Positions 39,280 through 49,399 are shown, counted from the stretch's first letter. The stretch is 64,000 nt of DNA from Minisyncoccota bacterium (GCA_028697015.1 JAQVFW010000002.1:5287-69286); one strand, 5' to 3'. Notes: generated by a model from the letters alone, not told the origin. A program made the numbers and translations.

Positions 39280-41142
39280 TTAACTTATAATTTCTACAAA
39301 CCGACCCTTTTTATTTAATGGTTTAAAATGCCTTCCTCCTCCTTCCATAAACTTTGAAAAAAACTCAACAAACTGCAATCTTGCCGAATGAATAAATGCT
39401 CCAAGGGCGTTAATAAGAAGGTTTGCCGTATGCCCCAAAAGAAGAACCATAAAAGCGACAAGCCAATTTATTCCCGGTATTGGAATCATATCTTTAAACA
39501 GAAAAGCAATCATGTTTATAACCATGGCGATTATTCCCGTTGCAAGACCTAAGGCAAGAAGACGAGAATAAGAAAGAATATCGCTAAAATAGCCGACTAT
39601 TCCATACAAAGCTCCAAAACCGGAAAGAGCCCTCGCCATAATCCCTTTTTTGGAAGAAAAAAGAATATTCAAAAGAAAAAGTAAAATAACTCCTATAATC
39701 GCAAATAAAGATGATTTTGTTAAAAAATAAAGGAAAACGCCTAAAAAGAAAAGAATAGAACCTCCTTTTTCTCCAATTCCCCCATTTATATCCCCTTGTT
39801 TTAGACATTGGAACATTCCTATTATAATCCCTACAAAAAGCTGGAAAGCTCCCAGAAAAAGCATAAAAATTAAAGTACCAATGGGATTTTCCATTGGATC
39901 AATAATCCTGTATCCGGAAAAAACATTCGTCCCGAAAAAAGTTCCTGTTAAAATTCCGGCAATAACAGTTGAAATTCCTCCTATTATGAAAAGATTGAAA
40001 AAGCCGGAATATTCTTTCTGTTTAAGAATTTTTTTCAAAACAATGGAAAGCAATATTAAAAGAGCTCCGTATCCGGCATCAGAGAGAGCAAGGCCGAAAA
40101 AAAGAGCAAAGAAAAAAGAAAGATGAGGAGTCGGGTCAAACTCCGTTCTTTTAGGCAATCCATAAACATTTGTCACGCTATTAAAAGGAGCAATTAATCC
40201 TTTATTTTTAATACAAACAGGAGGGTTATCTTCTTCTGATATCTCCATTTCCCTTATAAACGAATCAGGAAAAGAATCTTCAATCTTTTTTTTAACTAAA
40301 GGGAAGGAATCTTCGGTTGTAAAGGCCTCTATTCTGAAAAATCTCATTGTTTCAATGCCAAATGACATTGATCCTAATTTTTCAATCTCCCAGGAATAAA
40401 AATCGATCAATGCTTCTATTTTAGGAAGAAAAACAGCCATTTTTTCGGCTTCTTTCTTTTCAATATCCCCTTCAATTATTATGGTCTCAAGCTCTTTTTC
40501 TTTTTGTTTTAAATATTTATAAGGAGAAATGTTCCAAAAAATATTCTCTTCCCTTACTTTGTATTTTTCAAAAGCATTTCTGAAAAAACTCTCATCTTCT
40601 TTGGAAAAGACCAAGGAAAAATAATTATCCTCTGTAAATTGAATGCTAAAAATTTTTCCTTTTATTTCTTTAAGAAAATTATCTTTTTCCTTCTTGGAAA
40701 AGACGCCAACGGTACAAAGATATTTTTTCATCTTTAGCGAAGATGAAATAGAAAGATCTTTTACTTTATCTAATGTTTTTATTTCTTTTTCTAATTCCTT
40801 TTGGATTGATTTTAAGGAATTTAAACGTTCTTCAATTTCTTTACATCTTTTTACAACTTTTTCTATTTCTAAATCAAAAGATAAACTTTCTATTTCAGAT
40901 AAATGCAAAAGAGGCCTTTCATTTAAAAGACCAGAGACAAGCCCTTTCTTTGGTTTAAACTGATCAAGAAAGCTTTTTGCAAATTTAAGTTCAGAGTATT
41001 TTGGCAATGAAGTTGCAGAACCGGAAGATGAATTCTTGCCAGAGATTACTTCAACAGTTCCAAGTTTTTGGATTTCTTCAAGCAAAATTTCCTTCTTTCC
41101 TTTTTCTATAATAATCTCTATTTTCTTTACGGGAATATTCAT
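39280..41142 (-). CDS. ntpI: V/A-type ATPase subunit I
   Basis: DPTP, SDAGYG, SYSRLLAL, HSARLQFVEFF. Confidence 0.95.
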   Translation of the reverse strand: MNIPVKKIEIIIEKGKKEILLEEIQKLGTVEVISGKNSSSGSATSLPKYSELKFAKSFLDQFKPKKGLVSGLLNERPLLHLSEIESLSFDLEIEKVVKRCKEIEERLNSLKSIQKELEKEIKTLDKVKDLSISSSLKMKKYLCTVGVFSKKEKDNFLKEIKGKIFSIQFTEDNYFSLVFSKEDESFFRNAFEKYKVREENIFWNISPYKYLKQKEKELETIIIEGDIEKKEAEKMAVFLPKIEALIDFYSWEIEKLGSMSFGIETMRFFRIEAFTTEDSFPLVKKKIEDSFPDSFIREMEISEEDNPPVCIKNKGLIAPFNSVTNVYGLPKRTEFDPTPHLSFFFALFFGLALSDAGYGALLILLSIVLKKILKQKEYSGFFNLFIIGGISTVIAGILTGTFFGTNVFSGYRIIDPMENPIGTLIFMLFLGAFQLFVGIIIGMFQCLKQGDINGGIGEKGGSILFFLGVFLYFLTKSSLFAIIGVILLFLLNILFSSKKGIMARALSGFGALYGIVGYFSDILSYSRLLALGLATGIIAMVINMIAFLFKDMIPIPGINWLVAFMVLLLGHTANLLINALGAFIHSARLQFVEFFSKFMEGGGRHFKPLNKKGRFVEIIS

Positions 41143-41447
41143 AAGATTTCTCTTTTGAACTTAGTTAGAAGCAAGTCAAAGTTTTTTCTTGCCTTATTTT
41201 TCAATTCTTCAAATTGACCAGTGCGCTTATTTTCAATTTCTTTGTCTATATTTGCAAATTCCGATTGAAGGTCTTTTTTTAAATTACTTCTCTTTTCTTC
41301 GTCCTCTTTTTTTGTTTTGGCAATTTTTTCCTCCCAAAAACAAATACGATCTTCTTTTCTTTTTTGAAGTTCTTTTTGATAATCTTCAATCTCTTTTTCT
41401 GAAACCTCTTCGGCTTCCATTATTTTAGATAATGAATCTTCTTGCAT
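41139..41447 (-). CDS. V/A-type ATPase subunit H/G (peripheral stalk)
   Basis: 102-aa charged helix (I.EAE), first gene of the operon. Confidence 0.65.
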   Translation of the reverse strand: MQEDSLSKIMEAEEVSEKEIEDYQKELQKRKEDRICFWEEKIAKTKKEDEEKRSNLKKDLQSEFANIDKEIENKRTGQFEELKNKARKNFDLLLTKFKREIL

Positions 41448-41607
41448 ATAAAATAATATTAAAAATTTCTAAAATTAAAAAAACAAACAATTCTTGCATA
41501 GGGGGGTCCCCAAAAGAATTATTCATTCTTAAGAGAATGATATACTTTTTTCAAAAAAAATCAAGGCCGCTTGGCCTTTTAAAAAAAATAACTCTCTTTT
41601 TTAACGG

Positions 41608-42102
41608 TTAAAAAAATAAAGTAGTACCTTTAAAATCCTTTCCTTTTAAGATATTTTTCAAGTTATTTAAATCCTTCCCATTTGCAACTATTACTTTTTT
41701 CTTTTCTTTTTTGGCAAGACGGGCTGCCAAAGGGTCAACCGGAAGACAAAGTCCAGGAGTCCATTTTAAAGGAACTGTCTTTAAATAGTTTTTCCACTTC
41801 ATTTCTAAAATCGGAAGGGCATCTTTATGCTTTTCAGGGTCTTTATCATAAATATAATCAGGTTTTCCAAGTATGATTATGTCTTTTATATCAAGATCTT
41901 TTGCGATTTGGACAGCGATAAAATCAGTTGATCTTCCAGGATTCCATCCAGAAGCGATTATAACGGAATGATTATTAAATCCTTTAACCTTATATCTCTT
42001 ATCGAAAATAATCGGCTGAGCTTCTTTTTTAAAAAGTTTTTGAAGGGATTTAAATTTTTTTTCACTTAAATATCCCCTGTATTCAACTTCAATTTTTGCC
42101 AT
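41608..42102 (-). pseudogene. Chimeric/truncated ORF: CYTH-like N-terminus plus C-terminal part of an archaeal-type UMP kinase
   Basis: IEVEYR start, then GWNPGRSTD, YDKDP and PVDPLAA; the PyrH N-terminal KxGGS and GGG motifs are absent. Confidence 0.65.
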
Positions 42103-42104
42103 AA

Positions 42105-42410
42105 TTAATTTTCTGCAAGCTTACTGATTAAGAGCTCTTTTGGCCGTAAACCGACTGCTTTTTCTGCCGGCTTTCCTTTTTTAAATATAATCAATGTAGG
42201 AACGGCCGGTATGTCGTAATCTTCTGCTTTTTTCGGACTTTCATAAATATCAATAATTCCAACCTTCCATTCTTTGCTCACTTCCTCAAGAATAGGAATA
42301 ATAGCAGAGCAAGCGGGACATCCAGGCCTTGAAAAGCAAACCAAAACAGGTTTTTCATTTTCCAAAACCTCCTTTTTAAAATTATCTTCGTTAAGATGAA
42401 TAATCGGCAT
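42105..42410 (-). CDS. Thioredoxin family protein
   Basis: CPAC, AVPTLIIFK. Confidence 0.88.
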   Translation of the reverse strand: MPIIHLNEDNFKKEVLENEKPVLVCFSRPGCPACSAIIPILEEVSKEWKVGIIDIYESPKKAEDYDIPAVPTLIIFKKGKPAEKAVGLRPKELLISKLAEN

Positions 42411-42414
42411 AGTT

Positions 42415-43458
42415 TCATCCTCCCATTTTTCTAATGAAGGCCTTTAATTCTTTATTGCTTAAATTTTCTTTCAATCTTTCTTTAATTTTAACAACTTCGT
42501 CTTCTATAATGGAAGGCGAACTTTTAAGCGCTAAACTTATCTCTTTTGTTTCTTTACCGTCTATGCGCATTTCAAAAATACCCCTTTGAAATTCATTTAA
42601 AAAAGTTCCTCCCGAAATTCTTTCCATAACGTTTTCCTGCTTTACAATATAGTAAAGTTCTTTTCTCATTTTGTCGTCAAATCCGACATATTCCGCGGCC
42701 CCGGAAAAAACAGCGTCAAATTCCCTGCAATGAAAACAATTCTTGTATCCCGAAGAACAAGCAAAGTCATTATTTTTTATCGCACTCAAAATCCTTTGTG
42801 ATTTTTCTTTAATTTCTTCAAGATAAAAATTAAGAGGGCCCATTTCCTGGAAAACCGGACTTTCGTCCCTGTCTAAATAGAAATAACTGGCCTTTTTTGC
42901 GTTTTTATCAAAATTATTCCTAGCAAGGAGAACATATATTGGAAGCTGGAGAGAATTATTGCTTTCATCGTTTTTGCCAGTTTTAAAATCAACTATATGA
43001 AGTTCTCCTGAAGGAAGAATTTCAATCCAATCAATACTTCCGACAAGCTCTATGTTTTCAAAAAGAGAAAGTTTGGGAAAAACATTATTGGTATCAAGGG
43101 CTTGATTTTTTATCAAATTAGAATTTTCCGCTCTCTTTAGCATTTCCTCTCCTCTTTCTTTAAATTTCTTTTCCTGGTCTTCGGAAATAAATCCGCCCTT
43201 TTTTCCCTTGTAATTTTCCCATATTTCTTCATATCTCTGAAAAAGAGAAATTTCTTTTCTTTTTTTAGGAGAAAAAGAAGCAAGAGCTTCAATTGTTTCA
43301 TGAACAACTGTCCCTAATGATAAATAAGGGCTAACGACTTGAATTCTGTTATTATTTTTCGGGTTTCTATAAAGATGTTTATAATAATAAGCTCTTTTGC
43401 ATTTTTCAAAATCTGAAAGAGCAGAATAAGAAATCCAAACGGTTTGTCTACTGCGCAT
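42415..43458 (-). CDS. PD-(D/E)XK nuclease with possible C-terminal HTH
   Basis: SYSAL..F..C, LGTVVH, GSID, IVDFKTG, QLPIY, C...CFHC. Confidence 0.82.
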   Translation of the reverse strand: MRSRQTVWISYSALSDFEKCKRAYYYKHLYRNPKNNNRIQVVSPYLSLGTVVHETIEALASFSPKKRKEISLFQRYEEIWENYKGKKGGFISEDQEKKFKERGEEMLKRAENSNLIKNQALDTNNVFPKLSLFENIELVGSIDWIEILPSGELHIVDFKTGKNDESNNSLQLPIYVLLARNNFDKNAKKASYFYLDRDESPVFQEMGPLNFYLEEIKEKSQRILSAIKNNDFACSSGYKNCFHCREFDAVFSGAAEYVGFDDKMRKELYYIVKQENVMERISGGTFLNEFQRGIFEMRIDGKETKEISLALKSSPSIIEDEVVKIKERLKENLSNKELKAFIRKMGG

Positions 43459-44134
43459 AATGTTTTTCCAAAAAGGTTAATGCTTCCTTTGTATCTTTTG
43501 CAAGATGATAAATTTTTGTATCTTTTTTATCTATTGATCTGTTCCTTTTATAGATAATCTCGTCAATAAAAGATAAAAGTGGCTCCCAATAGCTTTTATG
43601 AAGAAGAATTATGGGAATATTTTTTACTTTGCCGGTTTGAATAAGCGTCACAACTTCGAAAAACTCATCAAGAGTTCCAAAGCCCCCGGGAAAAAATATA
43701 TACGCCTGAGAAGCAAAAGTTAGCATTACTTTTCTTATAAAGAAATACCTGAAAGAAACAGATTGTTTTACATATTTATTTATCCCTTGTTCTTTAGGAA
43801 GATTTATATTCATTCCCAAAGATTCTCCCCCAGCTTCATGTGCTCCCTTGTTTGCCGCCTCCATAATTCCAAGTCCTGCTCCAGTTACAATTGTATATCC
43901 CCTTTTTGAAAGTTCCCTTGAAAGCAAAAACGCTTCTTTATAGTATTTATGAGAGGGCTTAACTCTAGAAGAACCGAAAAAAGTAACCGTTTTATCGTAA
44001 CGGTTTAAAAAATTAAATCCTTCAATAAATTCGCTCACTATTCTTGAAATCCTCAAGGGGGAAATATATTTAATGTGTTTTGCGTGTTCTTTCTCTAATA
44101 CTTCTTCAGGATTGTTATTTTTTTCTTTTTCCAT
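43448..44134 (-). CDS. LOG family (TIGR00730-like) nucleotide phosphoribohydrolase
   Basis: FFGSSR, GIMEAAN, FFIRK, PGGFGTLDE. Start moved to the ATG at 44134. Confidence 0.9.
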   Translation of the reverse strand: MEKEKNNNPEEVLEKEHAKHIKYISPLRISRIVSEFIEGFNFLNRYDKTVTFFGSSRVKPSHKYYKEAFLLSRELSKRGYTIVTGAGLGIMEAANKGAHEAGGESLGMNINLPKEQGINKYVKQSVSFRYFFIRKVMLTFASQAYIFFPGGFGTLDEFFEVVTLIQTGKVKNIPIILLHKSYWEPLLSFIDEIIYKRNRSIDKKDTKIYHLAKDTKEALTFLEKHYAQ

Positions 44135-46580
44135 ATTTTTTTGAATATTTTTTAACCAATTTTTGGAATAAGTCCCCTTTTTCTGAAAAGTTTTTCCAAA
44201 GAGAATAGCTCGGTGATGCAGAAGAAAGAAGACAAATTTTTCCTTTTTTTGTATTTTTGTAAGCAAACCTTACTGCCTCTTCCATGTTCTTTGTTTTCAA
44301 AATATTAAAACCCAAAAAAGAAGAAAGAATTCTTTTCCCGCTGTCAGGAAAAAGAACTACGTTTTTTATCTTATACTTTCTGAGAGTTTTTTCAAGCTTT
44401 AAAAAATCATATCCACGGTCCTGTCCGCCTAAAAAAATTGTATCAACTTTTTTTAGCGTTTCGATTGCCATTATTGTCGACTGAGGAGTAGTGGATGCGG
44501 CATCGTCGTAAAATTCTATTTCATTATAAATGCCGATCGGTTCCAACCTGTGCTTCAATGGCTTAAAATTTTCAATCCCCTTCTTTATTACTGCCAAAGG
44601 AATTTTAAGAAGTTTGGCTGCTTTTATTGCCGCCTTAATATTATATTTATTATGAACTGCAAAAGAAGGGAATTTATGATTCAAAGAAATATCTTTTTCC
44701 TTAAAAGGAAAAAGAAGAGACAAATCTCCTTCTTTTTGAAATTTAAAAATATTCATTTTGGCATTGTAATAATTCTCAATTTTTCCATGATAATCCATAT
44801 GCTCTGGAAAGAAATTTAAAAACAAAGCAAGATTGGGAGAATAATTAATATCAGAAAGCATATAGCTTGAAAGTTCAATAACAAAAATCTCCTTTGGATC
44901 AATTTTTGAAGAAAAAACATCAAGAACCGGATTGCCTATATTCCCGATAAGACGGACTTTTCTGCCGCTTTCTTTTAAAATTTGGAATATAAGAGAAGAA
45001 GTCGTGCTTTTCCCCTTTGTCCCGGTTATTCCTATTGTATAGTTTCTATTTTTAGAAAAGAAGATATTTACGGCGGTTGTATAAGGAATCTTTATTTTTT
45101 CTTTTGGAATTCCTGGTGTTTTTATTGCCAAATCGTATTTCTTCTGTTTTTGGAGATAATTTTTATCAAACTGCATATCAAGAATTCCCACATTTATATT
45201 GGGATGAAATTTTTTAATATATCTTTCTGCTGATTTCCCTTCTTTGCCGTATCCTATAATGCACACTTTATCTTTTCCGTAAATTCTGAAAAAATCGGGA
45301 ATCGTTTCTGTATCTCTTGTTTCAAATACTTTTTCTACAAGCTTTTCTGAATTTTTAATTAAAGGAAGAAATTTCTGCACTACAGGACTATTTTTATATT
45401 TCTTACTTGAAAGAAAAAAAGCGGCTCTTGCTTCTTCAAAAGTCCCAACACAATCAAAGGGCTTCATATTTCCAAACCCCAAAATATCTTTAAAAGTCGA
45501 AAATAATTTATCTTCTTCTAAAAGATTTTTTTTAAATATTTTATACAAATCAATTTTTGAAAGAAAAGGAGAAAGAATCAAAAAAACAAAAGCGCACTTT
45601 GGACAATTGCCGCACCAAAGAGAATTTCCTCTTTTTTTGAAAACTTTAAAAGAATTATTACAGCTTGTAAAAAGAGGAAAATATTTTTTATATTTTGCAA
45701 AAATCTTGGCAATTTTTATTTCATAAAAAGGCCTTAGAATAGAGAAATAGACAATATCAGGAGTAATGAATTTTTTACTATAATCCTGAAACATCTTTTC
45801 AAATTCTTTGGACTTGCTCCATTGGTGATTTATATTCTCATTACAGTAAGAAACGTTTCCAAAATTGCTGCTTTTTTCATTGCCAACAATAACGTATCTA
45901 AAATTATAAAGAAAAGCCAGAAGAAGTCCGATAAAAGCGAAAACGGCTGAAATTGGAATATGGCCGTTATATCCTCCTTCATGATTTTGAAAAATTTTAG
46001 GATCAAGAATTCTGACTGCTTTAAGAGAAGGATTTCCAATTTTTTTAACTACTTTTTCCAGAACGATATTTTTTCCTTCTGTTTGAACATAAAAAGAAAC
46101 AGAAGGAAATCCCCTTAGAATCTCAGAGGCAACAATTGAATCTTTCCCTCCCCCAATTCCAATAAGAGCCCTTTCTTTCTTTTCAATTCTGAGGGGTTTT
46201 TTAGTTTTTTTAGAATATGGAAACTTAGCTATCTTATTTGGATTTATCTTGTTTTTATACAAAAACTCTCCAAGGCCCTTTCTATAAACAGTATTCCAAA
46301 AATCGGCCTGTTCTTTAGAAAGGGAGAAAGAAAGCTTTATCTTTGAAGGACAATAAAGCTTGTAATAGCTTATTCCAAGTATAATAGAAAGAGGTTCTAA
46401 AAAGTTTTCAAGAGATTTTTGAGAAACGCCAAAAATCTTAGAAGGCAAGAGAATAACTTCTTTGAAATTTAAGGGCTTTCTGTTTAAAAATTCAATTCTG
46501 TAATAAAAAGAAATCTTCAAATCTTTAGCATTGAATTTATATCCCTTAAAATGGAAGGTTTTTGGCTTTGGAGAAGACAT
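44115..46580 (-). CDS. MurL (UDP-MurNAc-L-Ala-L-Glu epimerase)-MurD ligase fusion
   Basis: N-half GGKDS, NGHIP, NHQWSKS, WCGNCPKC, KPFDCVG. C-half GTKGKSTT, ELSSY, EHMDYH, HRLE, LSSASPSY. Confidence 0.82.
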   Translation of the reverse strand: MSSPKPKTFHFKGYKFNAKDLKISFYYRIEFLNRKPLNFKEVILLPSKIFGVSQKSLENFLEPLSIILGISYYKLYCPSKIKLSFSLSKEQADFWNTVYRKGLGEFLYKNKINPNKIAKFPYSKKTKKPLRIEKKERALIGIGGGKDSIVASEILRGFPSVSFYVQTEGKNIVLEKVVKKIGNPSLKAVRILDPKIFQNHEGGYNGHIPISAVFAFIGLLLAFLYNFRYVIVGNEKSSNFGNVSYCNENINHQWSKSKEFEKMFQDYSKKFITPDIVYFSILRPFYEIKIAKIFAKYKKYFPLFTSCNNSFKVFKKRGNSLWCGNCPKCAFVFLILSPFLSKIDLYKIFKKNLLEEDKLFSTFKDILGFGNMKPFDCVGTFEEARAAFFLSSKKYKNSPVVQKFLPLIKNSEKLVEKVFETRDTETIPDFFRIYGKDKVCIIGYGKEGKSAERYIKKFHPNINVGILDMQFDKNYLQKQKKYDLAIKTPGIPKEKIKIPYTTAVNIFFSKNRNYTIGITGTKGKSTTSSLIFQILKESGRKVRLIGNIGNPVLDVFSSKIDPKEIFVIELSSYMLSDINYSPNLALFLNFFPEHMDYHGKIENYYNAKMNIFKFQKEGDLSLLFPFKEKDISLNHKFPSFAVHNKYNIKAAIKAAKLLKIPLAVIKKGIENFKPLKHRLEPIGIYNEIEFYDDAASTTPQSTIMAIETLKKVDTIFLGGQDRGYDFLKLEKTLRKYKIKNVVLFPDSGKRILSSFLGFNILKTKNMEEAVRFAYKNTKKGKICLLSSASPSYSLWKNFSEKGDLFQKLVKKYSKKYGKRKK

Positions 46581-46596
46581 AAAAATTAATTAAAAC

Positions 46597-48003
46597 TTAG
46601 ATTCTGATAAAGGAGAATGAATTAATAATATCTTTTCTTCCTTTATGCTCTCCGCTTACAATAAGCAGTTTTTTTCCTTTGGCAATAAGTTTTTCTTTTC
46701 TTAATTTTTCAGCTGTATTTTTTATCGCTTCCGGAGAGGCAAGATCAAAAGAGACAAAAAACGGCTCAACTCCGCAGGATAAAGAGAGCTTTTCGGCTGT
46801 TTTTCGATTATTAGTAAGAGCGATAATTTTTGTTTTAGGTCGAAAACTGGAAAGAACTCTTGCAGTATAGCCACTTTCAGTAAAAACAACAACAATATCC
46901 AGTTCAGGCCTTGCCTTCAATATGGAAACAACTGCGCTAATTGTAAGTTCTGTTGTTGTCCTGAGTTTGAATGAAAGAGTAGAAAACCCCGTTTTCTTTT
47001 CATTGAATTTCAAGATCTTTGCCATTGTTTCAACGGCTCTTATAGGATATTGGCCTATGGCCGTTTCTTCGGAAAGCATAACCGCATCAGCCCTGTTAAA
47101 AACGGCATTTGCAACATCGGTCGCCTCGGCTCTTGTCGGACGCGGGTTTTTTATCATTGAATAAAGCATTTGAGTTGCTATTATGACAGGCTTTCTCGCC
47201 TCCATGCATTTATATACGATTTTTCTTTGAAGATATGCCAAGCGTTCAATTGGAACTTCTATTCCCAAATCCCCTCTTGCAACCATTACGGCATCTGAAT
47301 ATTCAATGATTTCTTCTAAATTATCTATTGCCTGTTTGTTTTCTATCTTTGAAACAATTTCAGCGTTGATTTTTCTTTTTTCCATTTCCCTTCTTAAAAC
47401 TTCTATATCTTTTTTATTTCTCACAAAAGAAAGAGCAACATAGTCAATTTTCTCTTTTGCGATCATATCAAGGCTTTTGAGGTCGTTTTCAATTAAAGAA
47501 GAAAGATTTAAATTCTTACTTGGAAGATTCAAGCTTTTTTTATCCTTAATAACTCCCCCCTCTATAACTTCTGCAATAATTCTGTCTTTCTTTTTATTCA
47601 TTACAACAAACTCAATAAAGCCATCGTCAATAAGAAGTATGTCTTTTTTTGAAAGAGATTCAAAAACAGATTTATTTGACAAAGCAAGAGAAATATCTCT
47701 GGAATTAAAATTCTCTCCTATTGTAATCAAATCCCCTTTTTCCACTTTAATTTCTCCTTTTTCTCTTGTTTCAATACGAATTTCAGGACCTTGCAAGTCT
47801 ATAAGAATAGCAATATTTTTTTTCAATTCCGTCGCTGCTTTTTGGGCTCTCTTTATCCTTTGGTTATGCCAAGATATTTCATTGTGCTTGGTATTAAAGC
47901 GAAAAACGTTTACTCCCGCACTAATAAGGGACCTTAATAATTCCGGCGTATCTGTAGATGGACCGACCGTGGCAACTATTTTGGTTTTTTTATCAAAAAT
48001 CAT
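46597..48003 (-). CDS. pyk: Pyruvate kinase
   Basis: TKIVATVGP, DLQGP, MVARGDLG, PTRAE. Confidence 0.96.
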   Translation of the reverse strand: MIFDKKTKIVATVGPSTDTPELLRSLISAGVNVFRFNTKHNEISWHNQRIKRAQKAATELKKNIAILIDLQGPEIRIETREKGEIKVEKGDLITIGENFNSRDISLALSNKSVFESLSKKDILLIDDGFIEFVVMNKKKDRIIAEVIEGGVIKDKKSLNLPSKNLNLSSLIENDLKSLDMIAKEKIDYVALSFVRNKKDIEVLRREMEKRKINAEIVSKIENKQAIDNLEEIIEYSDAVMVARGDLGIEVPIERLAYLQRKIVYKCMEARKPVIIATQMLYSMIKNPRPTRAEATDVANAVFNRADAVMLSEETAIGQYPIRAVETMAKILKFNEKKTGFSTLSFKLRTTTELTISAVVSILKARPELDIVVVFTESGYTARVLSSFRPKTKIIALTNNRKTAEKLSLSCGVEPFFVSFDLASPEAIKNTAEKLRKEKLIAKGKKLLIVSGEHKGRKDIINSFSFIRI

Positions 48004-48019
48004 AAAATTAAGAATGAAT

Positions 48020-49006
48020 TTAAAAATAGTAAAGAAGGGCTTTTGCGATAAACAAATAAACAGTAATGCTCAAGATATCGCTAATAATTGTTGCAAGAGG
48101 ATTCGTTCCCATTGCCGGATCTTTTTTCATTTTTAAAAGCAAAAGAGGTATCATTATTGCAAAAAAAACGGAAAAAAGGACTCCTAAGAAAACAGAGAAC
48201 AAAAGAATAAAGGCAATTCTAATATCATTCAATCCTAAATAAGAAACAAAAGAAAGGACAAAACCAAGCATCATTCCAAGCATTGTTCCCACTTTAAGCT
48301 CCCTTATAAAATAATTAAATACAGAATTTTTGTTATTACTGAAAGCCATCCTCCTGATAAAAATAGTAGCGCTCTGGGTTGAAACTGCATCGGAAAGATA
48401 AACAATAATAGGAATAAAAAAGGTAAGGGCAATAAGAGAGCTTATTGTACTTTCAAAAGCGCCAATAATCCGAGCAGCAATTATTCCCCCTAAAAGCCCG
48501 ACAAAAAGCCAAGGAGACCTAAAAAGAACAAGCTTTCTTGCTGTAGCGCTTTCAATTTCCTTTACCGACTTGTCAACTAAAAAACCTCCTGCAAGAAAAA
48601 TATCTTCAGAACTTTCTTCTTGTAAAATATTTAATATAGTGTCTGACGTTACTACTCCCAAAAAAACATCGTTTTTATCAACAACCGGAATAGCTTTTAG
48701 ATTGTGTTTAATTGCCAAAGAAACCACTCTTTCCCTGTCTGTTCCCCTCCTTCCCTTTACAACCTCTTTTTCCATTATATCTTTTGCAAAGCAATCTATC
48801 TCTCTGTTTAAAACATCTTTTATAGAAATAACTCCCTTCAATCTGTTTTGCCTGTCTATAATATAGACATAATTAATTGTCTCAAATTTTTTAATGTTCT
48901 TTAAAAAATTCTTTCGAATGTCGGATAAATTTTCGTCTTCAAAAAATAAAGGAACATTCACATTTACCATTCTTTCTACGCTTTTTCTTTTTTGTTTCAA
49001 GCTCAT
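48020..49006 (-). CDS. mgtE: MgtE-type Mg2+ transporter (CBS pair plus TM domain, no N domain)
   Basis: CBS pair, RSPWL, DPA...P..TIISD. Confidence 0.88.
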   Translation of the reverse strand: MSLKQKRKSVERMVNVNVPLFFEDENLSDIRKNFLKNIKKFETINYVYIIDRQNRLKGVISIKDVLNREIDCFAKDIMEKEVVKGRRGTDRERVVSLAIKHNLKAIPVVDKNDVFLGVVTSDTILNILQEESSEDIFLAGGFLVDKSVKEIESATARKLVLFRSPWLFVGLLGGIIAARIIGAFESTISSLIALTFFIPIIVYLSDAVSTQSATIFIRRMAFSNNKNSVFNYFIRELKVGTMLGMMLGFVLSFVSYLGLNDIRIAFILLFSVFLGVLFSVFFAIMIPLLLLKMKKDPAMGTNPLATIISDILSITVYLFIAKALLYYF

Positions 49007-49368
49007 TATGTTTTTTTATAAAAAACTCTGTGCCATTTTTTATCCGTATGAAGATCGTGGATTATAACCCCGTTAATAGCCCCTATAAACATCTGGGGAA
49101 TAAGATAATATATTCCGAAAATCCATAAGAAAAAAAGGGCAGAAAGCCCTACGAGCCAATGATGAAAATGAACCTGCCAAGAGCCAAAATTAAAATAAAT
49201 TGAGCTTATTTTTCCGGAATATATGTATTTTTTGCAAAATTTCTCCGTGCTTAAATAACCAAGAACAACGCCAAGTAAAAAAATAAAAGAGATATAATAA
49301 GAAGCGATAATAACCGTGCTTGGCAAAATCATTTTCTTGGCATTTCTGATTTTCTTTATTTTCTTCAT
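49006..49368 (-). CDS. Hypothetical membrane protein with HFHHW motif
   Basis: TM segments. Start reassigned to the ATG at 49368, just after TATAAT. Confidence 0.6.
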   Translation of the reverse strand: MKKIKKIRNAKKMILPSTVIIASYYISFIFLLGVVLGYLSTEKFCKKYIYSGKISSIYFNFGSWQVHFHHWLVGLSALFFLWIFGIYYLIPQMFIGAINGVIIHDLHTDKKWHRVFYKKT

Positions 49369-49399
49369 TCTAGGATTATATCTTTTTTTTAAGAAAAAT

